Virus record (IMG/VR): IMGVR_UViG_3300010052_000172
Coordinates: 1-35,926 of that record
Source of the DNA: a virus
Lineage: Duplodnaviria; Caudoviricetes
Strand: one strand, 5' to 3'
Length of the DNA: 35,926 nt
How positions within the stretch are numbered: position 1 is the stretch's first letter; each line of letters starts with the position of its first letter. The notes beneath the pieces were generated by a model. It did no database searches. It saw nothing but the letters and a program-made list of their open reading frames with translations, and was not told the DNA's origin. Positions 1-9,069 of this stretch are shown here, piece by piece. A program made the translations under genes and the position numbers.

Positions 1-687
1 TCATTTCACACCGCCGTTGTAGTCTAGGAGTTCGAGAGTGATCGAATCCCTCTTCCTCGACAGGTACATTCTATCCGCCTCGTACAGGAAGTTCCCTGTC
101 GACTCTTGGAAAACGGCCACGTGGGTCAACAAGATCTCTGCATTCTCGTCGAGATCCGAGAATGCTTGGATGTAGCCTTGGTACATGAAATCGTTGTCCA
201 AGTCACGGAGAACTGCCCACTTCGCCTCTCTGGAATTCAGAGCGTGCGACCACACATTCAGTTCGGCAAATCTTGGAGTGGCACTCAGCTTGTCGGCCAG
301 CCAGTACCACGTTTTGCGCTTGTGCAGAAAGCCGAGAATCAGGGAGAATGTACAGGCGATCACTGCGACGAGAAAGATTTCCACGTAATCCATCGAAGCT
401 TTTGGATCGGTGAGAATCTTTGTGAAGTTGAGGGGAGGTGGCGGAGTCACCGTCAAAGCACCGGTCTCCGTCGCAGTCACGGCCCGGTAGGCGATGGTGA
501 TTCCGAAGCAGAGAAACGAGAGAACTCCGTAGATCAAGTAGCAGACCACGCCGTAGACGAACGAGTAGACGACGACGTGGAATGGCTGCCGCTCCTTGTG
601 AACGGTGAGCGAGTCGACCATCAGATGACAGAGGATGCCCGGGAAGAAGATGAGCATCAGCCGGAATGTCAGATCAGAGAAGTTCAT
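1..687 (-). CDS. Membrane protein, DUF6338-like
   Basis: 228 aa; three hydrophobic segments (LIFFPG start), then a soluble beta-rich domain with W...YQGYIQAFSD...EILL pattern. Confidence 0.6.
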   Translation of the reverse strand: MNFSDLTFRLMLIFFPGILCHLMVDSLTVHKERQPFHVVVYSFVYGVVCYLIYGVLSFLCFGITIAYRAVTATETGALTVTPPPPLNFTKILTDPKASMDYVEIFLVAVIACTFSLILGFLHKRKTWYWLADKLSATPRFAELNVWSHALNSREAKWAVLRDLDNDFMYQGYIQAFSDLDENAEILLTHVAVFQESTGNFLYEADRMYLSRKRDSITLELLDYNGGVK

Positions 688-769
688 CTAGCGACCCGAG
701 AGAAAACAAAGAGTCGACCATCATTGATCTCGGTCGGCACCCTTGTCTAGCCCCCAGCGAGCAATCCGA

Positions 770-1195
770 ATGATCCGAATTCACTTCAATGCCGATCGTC
801 CACCGCTCGAACTCGAAGAAGAATGGCGAACGGAAATCTTGGACGGGTACAAAGCCTTTCTGAAGGACCGTATGCCTAAAGGAGCGTGTCAGCGCATTGG
901 CGACTCAGCGACCGTCCTTTCGTTTGCGACCGTTTGTTGCATCGAACTCATTTCCGGCAAGCCAAAGGTCTCTGAACTCACGGTCAAGTTCGACGGGAAG
1001 ACTGACCCCGTCAAGCTGCACATGTTCGATGACCGATATGCCTATCAAAATCACAAATCGCCGATCTCAATTTTCTCCACATGGTTGAATGGCGAATCAG
1101 GAGAGCCGTACCTCGAATCCACTGCTCGGGGTTACGTGTTTGTGGCTGACGTTTCGAAGATTGAATACTTGCAGAGCCGCTACATCGACGAGTGA
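770..1195 (+). CDS. Hypothetical protein
   Basis: 141 aa from ATG 770 (track start TTG 743); two similar short beta-rich halves; fills the gap between neighbours. Confidence 0.55.
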   Translation: MIRIHFNADRPPLELEEEWRTEILDGYKAFLKDRMPKGACQRIGDSATVLSFATVCCIELISGKPKVSELTVKFDGKTDPVKLHMFDDRYAYQNHKSPISIFSTWLNGESGEPYLESTARGYVFVADVSKIEYLQSRYIDE

Positions 1196-1254
1196 ACCCC
1201 GTCCAACTCCAAAAGCTGGACAGGGTTCCCAAGATCGATCCACAGGGCAGAGGG

Positions 1255-1623
1255 TCAGACCTTGTTCGTCACGGCAACGGACTGTTGCCAGAACGGTTTC
1301 GAGATCAGACGGACGAAGACCTTGGCCGTCCACGTTGGTCCTGCCGCAGTGCCCTCCGCAGCGATGAGACCTGAGTTGCTGGCCTCGATCGTTTGACGGC
1401 CCGCAACAGTGGTCGTGTAGTAGATCTCCGGACTCCACGTCAGGCGGAGTTCGTCGATTCGGCTCGTGTTCGCCGGGAGTTTCCGTGCGAAGTCTTCCAG
1501 AACGCTGGCCAGCGTTCTGTTCTCGACGTGGCCAAATCTCCGATTGTATTCCTCGTTGAGAACCGAGAGCCGATTCCCGAGCAGCCGTGTCAGGTTTTCG
1601 AGGGACAGTTTTTGTTGTGGCAT
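1255..1623 (-). CDS. Hypothetical protein
   Basis: 122 aa from MPQQKLSLENL; start chosen to avoid overlap with the upstream ORF. Confidence 0.55.
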   Translation of the reverse strand: MPQQKLSLENLTRLLGNRLSVLNEEYNRRFGHVENRTLASVLEDFARKLPANTSRIDELRLTWSPEIYYTTTVAGRQTIEASNSGLIAAEGTAAGPTWTAKVFVRLISKPFWQQSVAVTNKV

Positions 1624-1666
1624 GGTGCCTTGGTTGGTGAGGGAGCAGGATGGGAACCGGCAGAGG

Positions 1667-2119
1667 TCAGTCGATGACCGGGGCGAATTCGCTCTTCCTG
1701 TACCAGCCGAGTTCGATGAGATCGCAGACCCTCGCAATGACCGGCTGGTGGCCGTTCTTCCCGACGAGGTGCTTTGCCAACGCCTTGAGCGTCGTTTTCC
1801 GGAGAAGCCCTGTGGATCGATCGTCAATTCGGGTCGGAGCGTACGTGCGGACCTTGCGGTCAATCTTCCTGTCTCCCCGAAGACCGTAGCTGACTGCGCC
1901 GGTGTTGCTGACGATGCAGACCACGCTCCTCTCAGCTTCCGCCAACTGCTTCTCGAACGCCTCGCCGTCGACCAACTGCTGCTCGTTGGACAGGACGCCG
2001 AGGGCCGAGAGCTTGGCCCCTCGTGAAATGATCTGAGTGACCGAAGCGGTCTTGCGGGTCGGAGCCGTCCGCTTCTTGGGAGCCATCTTGCTGGTCGTCT
2101 GTGCGGTCTTCTTGGTCAT
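1667..2119 (-). CDS. Hypothetical protein with basic N-terminal tail
   Basis: 150 aa, K/T/A-rich N-terminus; CTAGATA motif upstream at 2235-2241. Confidence 0.6.
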   Translation of the reverse strand: MTKKTAQTTSKMAPKKRTAPTRKTASVTQIISRGAKLSALGVLSNEQQLVDGEAFEKQLAEAERSVVCIVSNTGAVSYGLRGDRKIDRKVRTYAPTRIDDRSTGLLRKTTLKALAKHLVGKNGHQPVIARVCDLIELGWYRKSEFAPVID

Positions 2120-2299
2120 TGCCCTGTTTCCATCGTCCCCAGCTATCCGCTTCTCATCGTCGTTGTGAGGTTGGCGTCAGCGTGTCGGGATACCGCTAAC
2201 CCCGGTGTCAGATGTGGAGAGCCCGTCTTTTTGTTATCTAGCACAGCGATCGGAGCCGGACTCGACAGGAAATCCACCGTGAAGCCCAAGCGAACTCGG

Positions 2300-3076
2300 A
2301 TGGCCCAGCGAAACTCCGAGGATTTCGCAAATCTCCTGAAATCCTTATTTAGCACAGTCCGAAAACTGACCGGGGAGAACTTGGCCCAGCTTGCCGCCTC
2401 TGTCACGGGGAAAGGACCAGAGCGCACGGCGTTCCACAACTGGCTCCGGCGAGCCAGTTCGGCCGGGGTGAAGTTCGTCCACGGCGGAAACCGGCAGAAG
2501 CTCGACGCACTTCTGGCTCGCCTGTTTTCCATCCCCGGAAAGACCACGTGGACGGACGAGGAGTTGTTCGAGACTCCCGCTCCAAACTTTGTACGGCAGT
2601 ACGAGGAAGCTAGGACGGCTTACGAGCAGCGGCGGGGCAATCTGGAATGGATCAAGACTCATGAGCCTCGTACGTACTGGACAGTCGCCTTCGCAATGGG
2701 GGAAGAGAGGGCGAACTCATTCATCCACGAGTGTTTCACTGAGCTTCCGAACAGGGCCGAAGCCGTCCATCATCTGAAGTGGGAAGCCGCCAACATCACT
2801 CACACTTTCACATTCACTCCGGCATGGCCTGACAATCCAGAAGAGTTCTGGCAGCAGTTCAGTCAGAAGTATCCGAACGAGGCAGCCCTCTACGAGCTAT
2901 GGCATGGACGACAGAAGGTGATCGAGAAGCTGAGCGGTGCCATCCAAAAGGCGAGACAGGCTCTTCATGCTCTCAATGATCGATGGGCCGAAGGGCTGCG
3001 CCAGAAGATCCTCCAACGTGCGACCCCCTCTCCAATTGGAGAGTCCGAGAACGAAGAAACCCCGGACGACTCGTAG
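2300..3076 (+). CDS. Hypothetical protein, possible N-terminal HTH regulator
   Basis: 258 aa from MAQRNSEDF; helical N-terminus (LAQLAASV...TAFHNWLRR) loosely Xre-like; divergent from 2119. Confidence 0.55.
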   Translation: MAQRNSEDFANLLKSLFSTVRKLTGENLAQLAASVTGKGPERTAFHNWLRRASSAGVKFVHGGNRQKLDALLARLFSIPGKTTWTDEELFETPAPNFVRQYEEARTAYEQRRGNLEWIKTHEPRTYWTVAFAMGEERANSFIHECFTELPNRAEAVHHLKWEAANITHTFTFTPAWPDNPEEFWQQFSQKYPNEAALYELWHGRQKVIEKLSGAIQKARQALHALNDRWAEGLRQKILQRATPSPIGESENEETPDDS

Positions 3077-3166
3077 AACCGTCCAGGGGGCTGTAGCCGC
3101 CTTGCAACTCTTCACGCTCGGAGAGACGATTGCCTTGACGATCTTCACCTTCAGACGGGCGCAACC

Positions 3167-4642
3167 ATGTTGATTTTGGGCACCGGTAACGACGACAAGG
3201 GCACTCAGCTTGAACAACTCGTCAAGGACATTCTCATATCGCTCGGATATCCGAAGATAGTGACGAACATGATTCGCAGCGGTGGAGAGGAACTTGATCT
3301 ATCTGGCGACTTCCCCATCCCTCGACTTGGCGCAGGACCGGGAGGGGAGCCGATGATCGGAGAATGCAAAGCGTACAAGAATTCGATCAACCTCCCAGTG
3401 CTTCACAACTTTCTTGGAAAGATCTACTTGGAGGAGAAGCGAACTAAAGGCAACGTGCGAGGAATACTGATTGCGCTGAACGGAGCTAACGGCCCCTGCC
3501 TCGGTGCGTATAGGGATCTCCAACGGGATGCCCCTCACATTCAACTCGTGACGCAGGACGAACTTCTCCCCTATCTCATTGAGAAGCATGCCGTCTGCAA
3601 AGAGAGAGACCTATCCGTGTCCGTCTCTCGGTTGACTCGGCGAATCGTGACTCTAATGGAATTGGCGTACTACGACCGTAAAGTCTACTGGCACGTCCGC
3701 TTCGACGACGGAGCTTTTACGGTCCTCTTGGGTAACGGCGAGCTTCTACCGAGAGAGAAGTCTGCCCCAATCGTAGAGATGATTCGACGAGTGGAAGCGG
3801 ACGGAGAATTCATCGATCTGGCAGAAGAGGAAAAGGCACGTGTACAACATTTTCTCTCTCGCTCGACGCTGATTGAGATGCTGCTAGTCAGCGGCGGTCG
3901 GTGTGGCCTCAAGGATTTCACCGAGAAGTCCAGAATTGAAGCGAGTTTCGCTGAGGCCATCGTTGCCGAGTTGGAGAAGCACAGCCTCGTGATTCGCCAA
4001 GGGGACGAAATCCTCCTCCCTGCATTGTCAGCACGACAGCGGGTAGTGCTGCTCAGACTCATGTTGCTGGGGTCGATATCCTCAGACACATTGGACTGCG
4101 ATGCTTACCGAGCACTTTTCGACGACGAATTGGTATCGGCGATACTCGCATATCACGGCGGCGTCACGATGACAGAGAGCCAGAGAGATGAGTTGCGGAA
4201 GATCCTAGAGATCAGTCCATCTGCGATTCTGTCTGTCGCCCAACCAATTCCAAAGATCGACAATCATCGAGGCCCAACTGAGACAATCACTGATATCATC
4301 AATGACCTAGACGTAGCAGTGTTGATGGAACTCTGTGTCGACGCACTGGCGAAGGACTTCCAATTGGAGCCACTTCGCAAACATTTCTACGAGACAAGAG
4401 GAGTCGTCGAATACGAGCGCAAAATCGAAGTGTCTCTCAAGACCTTTTCAGGCCCGTATCTGCGATTGAATCTTCGCCCCCGACTGGCTCTCGGTCAGTT
4501 GGACCACTCAATGACCAATGGCAGGGATATTTTCGTGATAGCCCAATCGCATCCAGACATGCCTGAGCCGTGGGAAGAGATCCCGGAGGCGTTGCGAAAG
4601 GAGCTTGAGAACGACGGTAAGAGTCCGGCGGAAGAGCCGTAG
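3167..4642 (+). CDS. Mrr-like PD-(D/E)xK restriction endonuclease with a long C-terminal region (possible winged helix)
   Basis: KGTQLEQLV..ILISLGY...EELDL...IGECKAY...FLGKI...RGILIA matches the Mrr_cat pattern; 491 aa. Confidence 0.75.
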   Translation: MLILGTGNDDKGTQLEQLVKDILISLGYPKIVTNMIRSGGEELDLSGDFPIPRLGAGPGGEPMIGECKAYKNSINLPVLHNFLGKIYLEEKRTKGNVRGILIALNGANGPCLGAYRDLQRDAPHIQLVTQDELLPYLIEKHAVCKERDLSVSVSRLTRRIVTLMELAYYDRKVYWHVRFDDGAFTVLLGNGELLPREKSAPIVEMIRRVEADGEFIDLAEEEKARVQHFLSRSTLIEMLLVSGGRCGLKDFTEKSRIEASFAEAIVAELEKHSLVIRQGDEILLPALSARQRVVLLRLMLLGSISSDTLDCDAYRALFDDELVSAILAYHGGVTMTESQRDELRKILEISPSAILSVAQPIPKIDNHRGPTETITDIINDLDVAVLMELCVDALAKDFQLEPLRKHFYETRGVVEYERKIEVSLKTFSGPYLRLNLRPRLALGQLDHSMTNGRDIFVIAQSHPDMPEPWEEIPEALRKELENDGKSPAEEP

Positions 4643-4675
4643 ACCAATCCGTGAGTGCGCCAGCCAAAAGCAGAT

Positions 4676-4703
4676 CTCCTGTCCCTACATACGGGAAAGG
4701 AGG
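4676..4703 (+). promoter_or_regulatory. CTACATA motif in a hairpin that overlaps the SD of the 4709 gene
   Basis: CTCCT-G-TCCC [TACATAC] GGGA-A-AGGAG; SD AAGGAGG lies on the 3' arm. Confidence 0.65.
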
Positions 4704-4708
4704 CCCCT

Positions 4709-5122
4709 ATGGCTTTGAAATTTCCCAACGCTGGTGAGCAACTCGGTCTGGACTGGATGATCAAGGCGACCAGCACGCCCGAGAATCTGACATGCAAGCT
4801 CTACAAGAACGACTTCACTCCGGTTGACGCATCCGTCGCCGGGGACTTCACGGTTGCCGACTTCACAAATTATGTGAACAAGACTCTGACCCGTGGCAAC
4901 TGGAGCACTGTGACCACGGTGAGCGGCAAAGCATCGGTCACATACAACGATGTTCAGACTTGGACCTGTGGAACGACCGGCAACACGATTTACGGGTATG
5001 ACCTCGTCGGAGCCACGAGCGGAACCCTGTTCTGTGCAGAACGGTTTGCCACTCCTCGTGTTCTTGCCAACGGTGACTCGCTCAACCTGACAATCACGAT
5101 CTCCCTTTCGACGGAGTCGTAA
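4709..5122 (+). CDS. Virion structural protein, tail collar/fibre-attachment-like
   Basis: 137 aa, T-rich; LYKND...TIYGY...SGTL...ERF..PRVLANGDSLNLT pattern; strong SD. Confidence 0.65.
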   Translation: MALKFPNAGEQLGLDWMIKATSTPENLTCKLYKNDFTPVDASVAGDFTVADFTNYVNKTLTRGNWSTVTTVSGKASVTYNDVQTWTCGTTGNTIYGYDLVGATSGTLFCAERFATPRVLANGDSLNLTITISLSTES

Positions 5123-5979
5123 TGCTGGGAGCCGTTACCTGTCACTTCAATCCCTTCGGGTACACGAGACTGCGGGACAACTACTTTCGTTTCCGGGACA
5201 GCCTCAACTATCCCATCACGACAGTGGAACTCGCTTTCGATGATGACCCGTTCCAGATCGATGATGCCATCCATGTTCGTGGCACCAGAGCCAAGAACTA
5301 CATGTGGCAAAAAGAGCGATTGCTCAATATCGCCATCGAGAGCTTGCCGCAGGAAGTGGACAACGTGGTTTGGATCGATGCGGACTTGCTCTTCATGAAC
5401 AAGGATTGGGCGCAAGACACAGAGGAGCAACTGGAGAAGTTTCCAGTGGTCCAGCCGTTCCGCTCTCTCTTGGATCTCGATGCCAAAGGAAACCATCTGC
5501 TCCATGGCCAAGGCTATGCGGCGGCGGAAGCGGGTTCTGACGACAAGATCCACGTGAAGCGTCCCGGCGGTGCCTTTGCCTTCCGTCGATCCATCCTTCC
5601 CGAAGGACTGTATGACCGAGGAATTCTTGGCAGTGGCGATTCGATCCAACTCAACGCTTGGATTGGAGACTGGAACGCTCTGCATCTGAAGTTGATGGGA
5701 CCGAAGTTCAAAAAACACTGGCTCCAGTGGGCGGTTCCCCATTACGAGCGGGTCAGAGGACAGGTTGGATTCGTCGAAGGGTTGGCGAGTCACATGTATC
5801 ACGGCTCCCGGAAGGATCGGCAGTACGGGGAACGCACGTGGTGGCTCGTCGAGTCAGACTTTGAACCGATGGCAGACATCAAGATCGATGAGAACGGATT
5901 GCTGGCGTGGGCAACAGACAAACCGCTGTTGCATGACCGGTGCCGGGGATACCACGAGTCCCGGAGAGAGGACGACTAA
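5122..5979 (+). CDS. GT-A fold glycosyltransferase-like protein
   Basis: WQKERLLN, VVWIDADLLF (DxD), VVQPF, GSGD and HMYHG motifs; TAATG-coupled to the previous gene. Confidence 0.75.
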   Translation: MLGAVTCHFNPFGYTRLRDNYFRFRDSLNYPITTVELAFDDDPFQIDDAIHVRGTRAKNYMWQKERLLNIAIESLPQEVDNVVWIDADLLFMNKDWAQDTEEQLEKFPVVQPFRSLLDLDAKGNHLLHGQGYAAAEAGSDDKIHVKRPGGAFAFRRSILPEGLYDRGILGSGDSIQLNAWIGDWNALHLKLMGPKFKKHWLQWAVPHYERVRGQVGFVEGLASHMYHGSRKDRQYGERTWWLVESDFEPMADIKIDENGLLAWATDKPLLHDRCRGYHESRREDD

Positions 5980-7622
5980 TGGACGCACCAAACCAAGCGT
6001 GGCTCGATGCCGTCGCTGAGAACGAAAGAGAACTGGCCGAAGGCATCACGCCGGAACCGGAACTCTACATCATGTCCGGCGGGTACGACTCGTACGACTG
6101 CATCAACTACAGCACGGTTCAGCCGATCTCTGACGCATCGTTCTCCAATGGCGAGCCGTGGCCTGTCTCTCCAGATACGGGTTGGGACAAGATCGACGAT
6201 GATCCGGACTTGCTCAACACGTCAGACTTCATCGAATACGAGTTGAGCTATCCCGGCCCGGATCTCGTCACAGTTGTTGGAGACTCCTTCAACGCTGGCG
6301 GAATCCCAGCATGGCCCACGGTCGCCAAGATCCGGATTTCCTGTGCGGACTTCTCTGGTGGCGGAGCTTCTGGACAGTGGCACCAGTGTTCATGGAAGAG
6401 TGCCGACAACAAGACGATCGGCGTCACGGCTTACGAAGACATTCCATCGATCATCGGCACGACCGCCACGATTCACGAACTCGACTTCGTTATCAGTGCT
6501 GAAGACCTGACGGCCGATCTCTCCTCAACCAAGATCGGTTTGAGACTCCTCAACGGCAACGTCTGCGAAGTCCGGGTCTATGGCGTGGAAGTCCTGTACG
6601 GAATCGAGTGCGGCCCGTGCGATACCACGCTGATCGCTCGACCGAACGGCACGCAATTCAACGGATGGACCGGCGATGTTGTCTCACCGAGCCCCCCGCT
6701 TGACCGCTGGGAAATCCTCGCCACGAACAACTTCACCGATTCGAGCTACACCCGTTACGTGAAGATCGCTGAAACGGTTGGCCCTGAACCATGGGAGCCC
6801 GCTGACCAGTTCAATATCGGTCCCCAGCTTTCGGCGTGGCCAATCTCGTGCAAAGTCAGAGTCCGACTCTCGCAACATGCCGTCTCCGTGTACTCCGGCG
6901 TGATGGAAATCAATGTCTTTGACACAACGTACGGAGACCCTGTTGCCTCGTGGGGACCAGCATGGGAACCGCTCGACTACGGGACGTCCCCCACAACCAA
7001 AGAATTCGTCCTTGAAGTCCACGACTACAACGAGGCTGTTGACCTATCCAATCTGGTCATGTCGATCCGGTACAGCTTGTCCTCTGGTCTCGGTTCCGAT
7101 TCGGACCTTCGGCTCTATGCCTACGAAGTGGAGTTCGAACAGTCCTGCCCGGAATTGGAACTTGGCACCGGCACGCTGCTCTCTGGTGGTTCCCATACGA
7201 AGACTCTGACATTCGTTCCCGGAACCTCTGGTGGCGTCCTTGCTGGTGGCTCGTCTTATGTCCTCGCCGGGATGATTGCTGCTGGTGGTGCTCGTGTTGG
7301 TGGCTCTGCATCGATCGACGGCACGACCAATCTGATCGGCACCGGCGGAATGAAGCTGAGCGGGAAACAATACCAGTACCGGCGAACCATCACGGTCCCG
7401 GCCGAGAAGGTCAGTCAGGACTTCGACAGCTTCTATTTGGGAGTCGTCGCACAGATCAATCCGGCGCATGTCGGTTCCGGATTCTTCGTGACGTCTGCCG
7501 CTGGTCCTGCCGTGCCGTATGAAATCCGGAGCTTCACCGATGGCAAGCTGTCCTTGTGGGTCCGCACGCCGGTGAAGGCAGCGCAGGACACAATCCTCTA
7601 CCTGTACTACGGAGCGACCTAA
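5979..7622 (+). CDS. Putative tail appendage/adhesin: two repeated beta domains, Gly-rich linker, C-terminal DUF2341-like domain
   Basis: 547 aa from the TAATG junction; repeats AWP..K.R....DLS....R.Y..EV; ends YRRTITV...LWVRTP...TILYLYYG. Confidence 0.65.
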   Translation: MDAPNQAWLDAVAENERELAEGITPEPELYIMSGGYDSYDCINYSTVQPISDASFSNGEPWPVSPDTGWDKIDDDPDLLNTSDFIEYELSYPGPDLVTVVGDSFNAGGIPAWPTVAKIRISCADFSGGGASGQWHQCSWKSADNKTIGVTAYEDIPSIIGTTATIHELDFVISAEDLTADLSSTKIGLRLLNGNVCEVRVYGVEVLYGIECGPCDTTLIARPNGTQFNGWTGDVVSPSPPLDRWEILATNNFTDSSYTRYVKIAETVGPEPWEPADQFNIGPQLSAWPISCKVRVRLSQHAVSVYSGVMEINVFDTTYGDPVASWGPAWEPLDYGTSPTTKEFVLEVHDYNEAVDLSNLVMSIRYSLSSGLGSDSDLRLYAYEVEFEQSCPELELGTGTLLSGGSHTKTLTFVPGTSGGVLAGGSSYVLAGMIAAGGARVGGSASIDGTTNLIGTGGMKLSGKQYQYRRTITVPAEKVSQDFDSFYLGVVAQINPAHVGSGFFVTSAAGPAVPYEIRSFTDGKLSLWVRTPVKAAQDTILYLYYGAT

Positions 7623-8425
7623 TGGCCAGATACTGCTGTCCCCTCGATTTCCAGACTCCAACAACCGGTCTCGTGAGCGGTGGCGGATGCGTCGTCGAAA
7701 TCACGAATGACACTTGGGACGGTCTGGCGGGAAGCTGGCCGCTCAATGAAGACGGAGACGGCACGGCCGGAGAGTTCAAGGACCGGACCCGCAATCATCT
7801 TCACGCCACCGGCGGCAACGGATCGGACCCAACGGTTGTTCCGGTGTTGGACGAGGGAGTCTTCTGCCAGAACTCACAGCGTTTCGACGGACGACAGTTC
7901 ATCACGGTTCCGCCGGATAGGGTTGGCATCGATCAAGGCTTCTCCGCCTCATACTGGATTCGCATCGGGACGTTCTACACGCCACGTGCTGGGTTCTCCC
8001 GAGGACATGTCACGCCGGACGGAGACCAATGGGTTTTCTCGCTCGGTCATTCCTTCTTGAATCAGATCCAAGCCTCGATCCAGACCTATGCCACGGACGG
8101 AACCCGCACGACCTACACAATGAACGGGTCCACGATGCTGAGCCAAGATCAGTTCTACCACTTCGGCGCATCGTGGGGACCGTCTGTTGGACTCAAGCTG
8201 TACGTCAATGGCGTCCTCGATGGAACGCTGGCCGTGCCTCAAGCTTATGTTCAGCCTCTGACCAATGCGGGATACTTCTCCCGCTACAACCTTGGCGGAT
8301 ACGTGACCGGCAATCTGCAAGACATTCGCCTGCATCCTGTGACCCGTCCGGCCGCTTGGTTCCTCGCTGAATATCAGAACTACTGTTTGCCGGGGTTCTT
8401 CAGCGTTGGATACGAGGAAGGCTAG
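7622..8425 (+). CDS. LamG/concanavalin-A-like domain protein
   Basis: 267 aa; SWPLNE...KDRT.N, FDG, FSASYWI, FYHFGASW, LKLYVNGVL, GNLQDIRL. Confidence 0.8.
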   Translation: MARYCCPLDFQTPTTGLVSGGGCVVEITNDTWDGLAGSWPLNEDGDGTAGEFKDRTRNHLHATGGNGSDPTVVPVLDEGVFCQNSQRFDGRQFITVPPDRVGIDQGFSASYWIRIGTFYTPRAGFSRGHVTPDGDQWVFSLGHSFLNQIQASIQTYATDGTRTTYTMNGSTMLSQDQFYHFGASWGPSVGLKLYVNGVLDGTLAVPQAYVQPLTNAGYFSRYNLGGYVTGNLQDIRLHPVTRPAAWFLAEYQNYCLPGFFSVGYEEG

Positions 8426-9069
8426 CCCCTGAGCGGCTCGATTCCTGCCGCTGCTAGATACTTGTCGTGTTCGCCGTCACGTACATCGACCAACAACAGT
8501 CCCGGACGGACGTGTCTGGCGCACTCGGTGCCATACCCTTCATTCGTAAGCCAGATGCCGCCTTCATACAGAGGACGTCCCCACTGGTCTAACACCGGCC
8601 CGCCTTCATCGTCTCCGACTGGTCTAAGCTTCAGATCCTCAATCGTGCCTTGGCCCACGAATGGCCCGATTCCATACGGGTTGAGTTCATGTAGGGCTGG
8701 CCCTGCTGAGACGTCCAGCGTGTACGGTTGCATTCTCCACGTGAAGAGCGGTCCTTGTGCTGGTGCCGGACCATCGTCGAACATTTCCATCTTCCAACCC
8801 CACTGCCTCACGCCCACGCAAAGGACGGTGCTGGTGTAGTCCGGGACGTACTGGCGGAATCGGAAATGCATTCCCCCGGCGAGGATGTTGCCTCTGAGTT
8901 GATGTGCTCCATCATCTTCGACCGATGCAGGCGAGTCACAAAAGATATCGCACGGTTCAAAGTCAAACTGTGTGGTGTAATTGCTCGTCGAAGTGATGAA
9001 CCAAAAGTATGCAGACGGTGGAGGGTCACAACATGGACAGCCCGGTGAGTTTCGAATGTTGGTTCCCAT
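8422..9069 (-). CDS. Tail-tip region protein with Cys-rich N-terminus
   Basis: 215 aa, NSPGCPCC; TAATG-coupled to the upstream gene; last gene of the tail operon. Confidence 0.6.
   Translation of the reverse strand: MGTNIRNSPGCPCCDPPPSAYFWFITSTSNYTTQFDFEPCDIFCDSPASVEDDGAHQLRGNILAGGMHFRFRQYVPDYTSTVLCVGVRQWGWKMEMFDDGPAPAQGPLFTWRMQPYTLDVSAGPALHELNPYGIGPFVGQGTIEDLKLRPVGDDEGGPVLDQWGRPLYEGGIWLTNEGYGTECARHVRPGLLLVDVRDGEHDKYLAAAGIEPLRG

Noticed and set aside
106-750. Long antisense ORFs (also 4990-5802, 11730-12323, 34310-34984 and others)
   Set aside because: Shadow frames of real genes in GC-rich DNA, with no protein motifs.
4643-8460. Invertase-driven tail-fibre switching (Mu G-segment type)
   Set aside because: No flanking inverted repeats and no serine invertase seen; the cassette ends in a stop-to-stop overlap.
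8454-8460. CTAGATA motif copy on the plus strand
   Set aside because: Inside a coding region, antisense, with no ATG at 4-5 nt; treated as chance and recorded as a counter-example.
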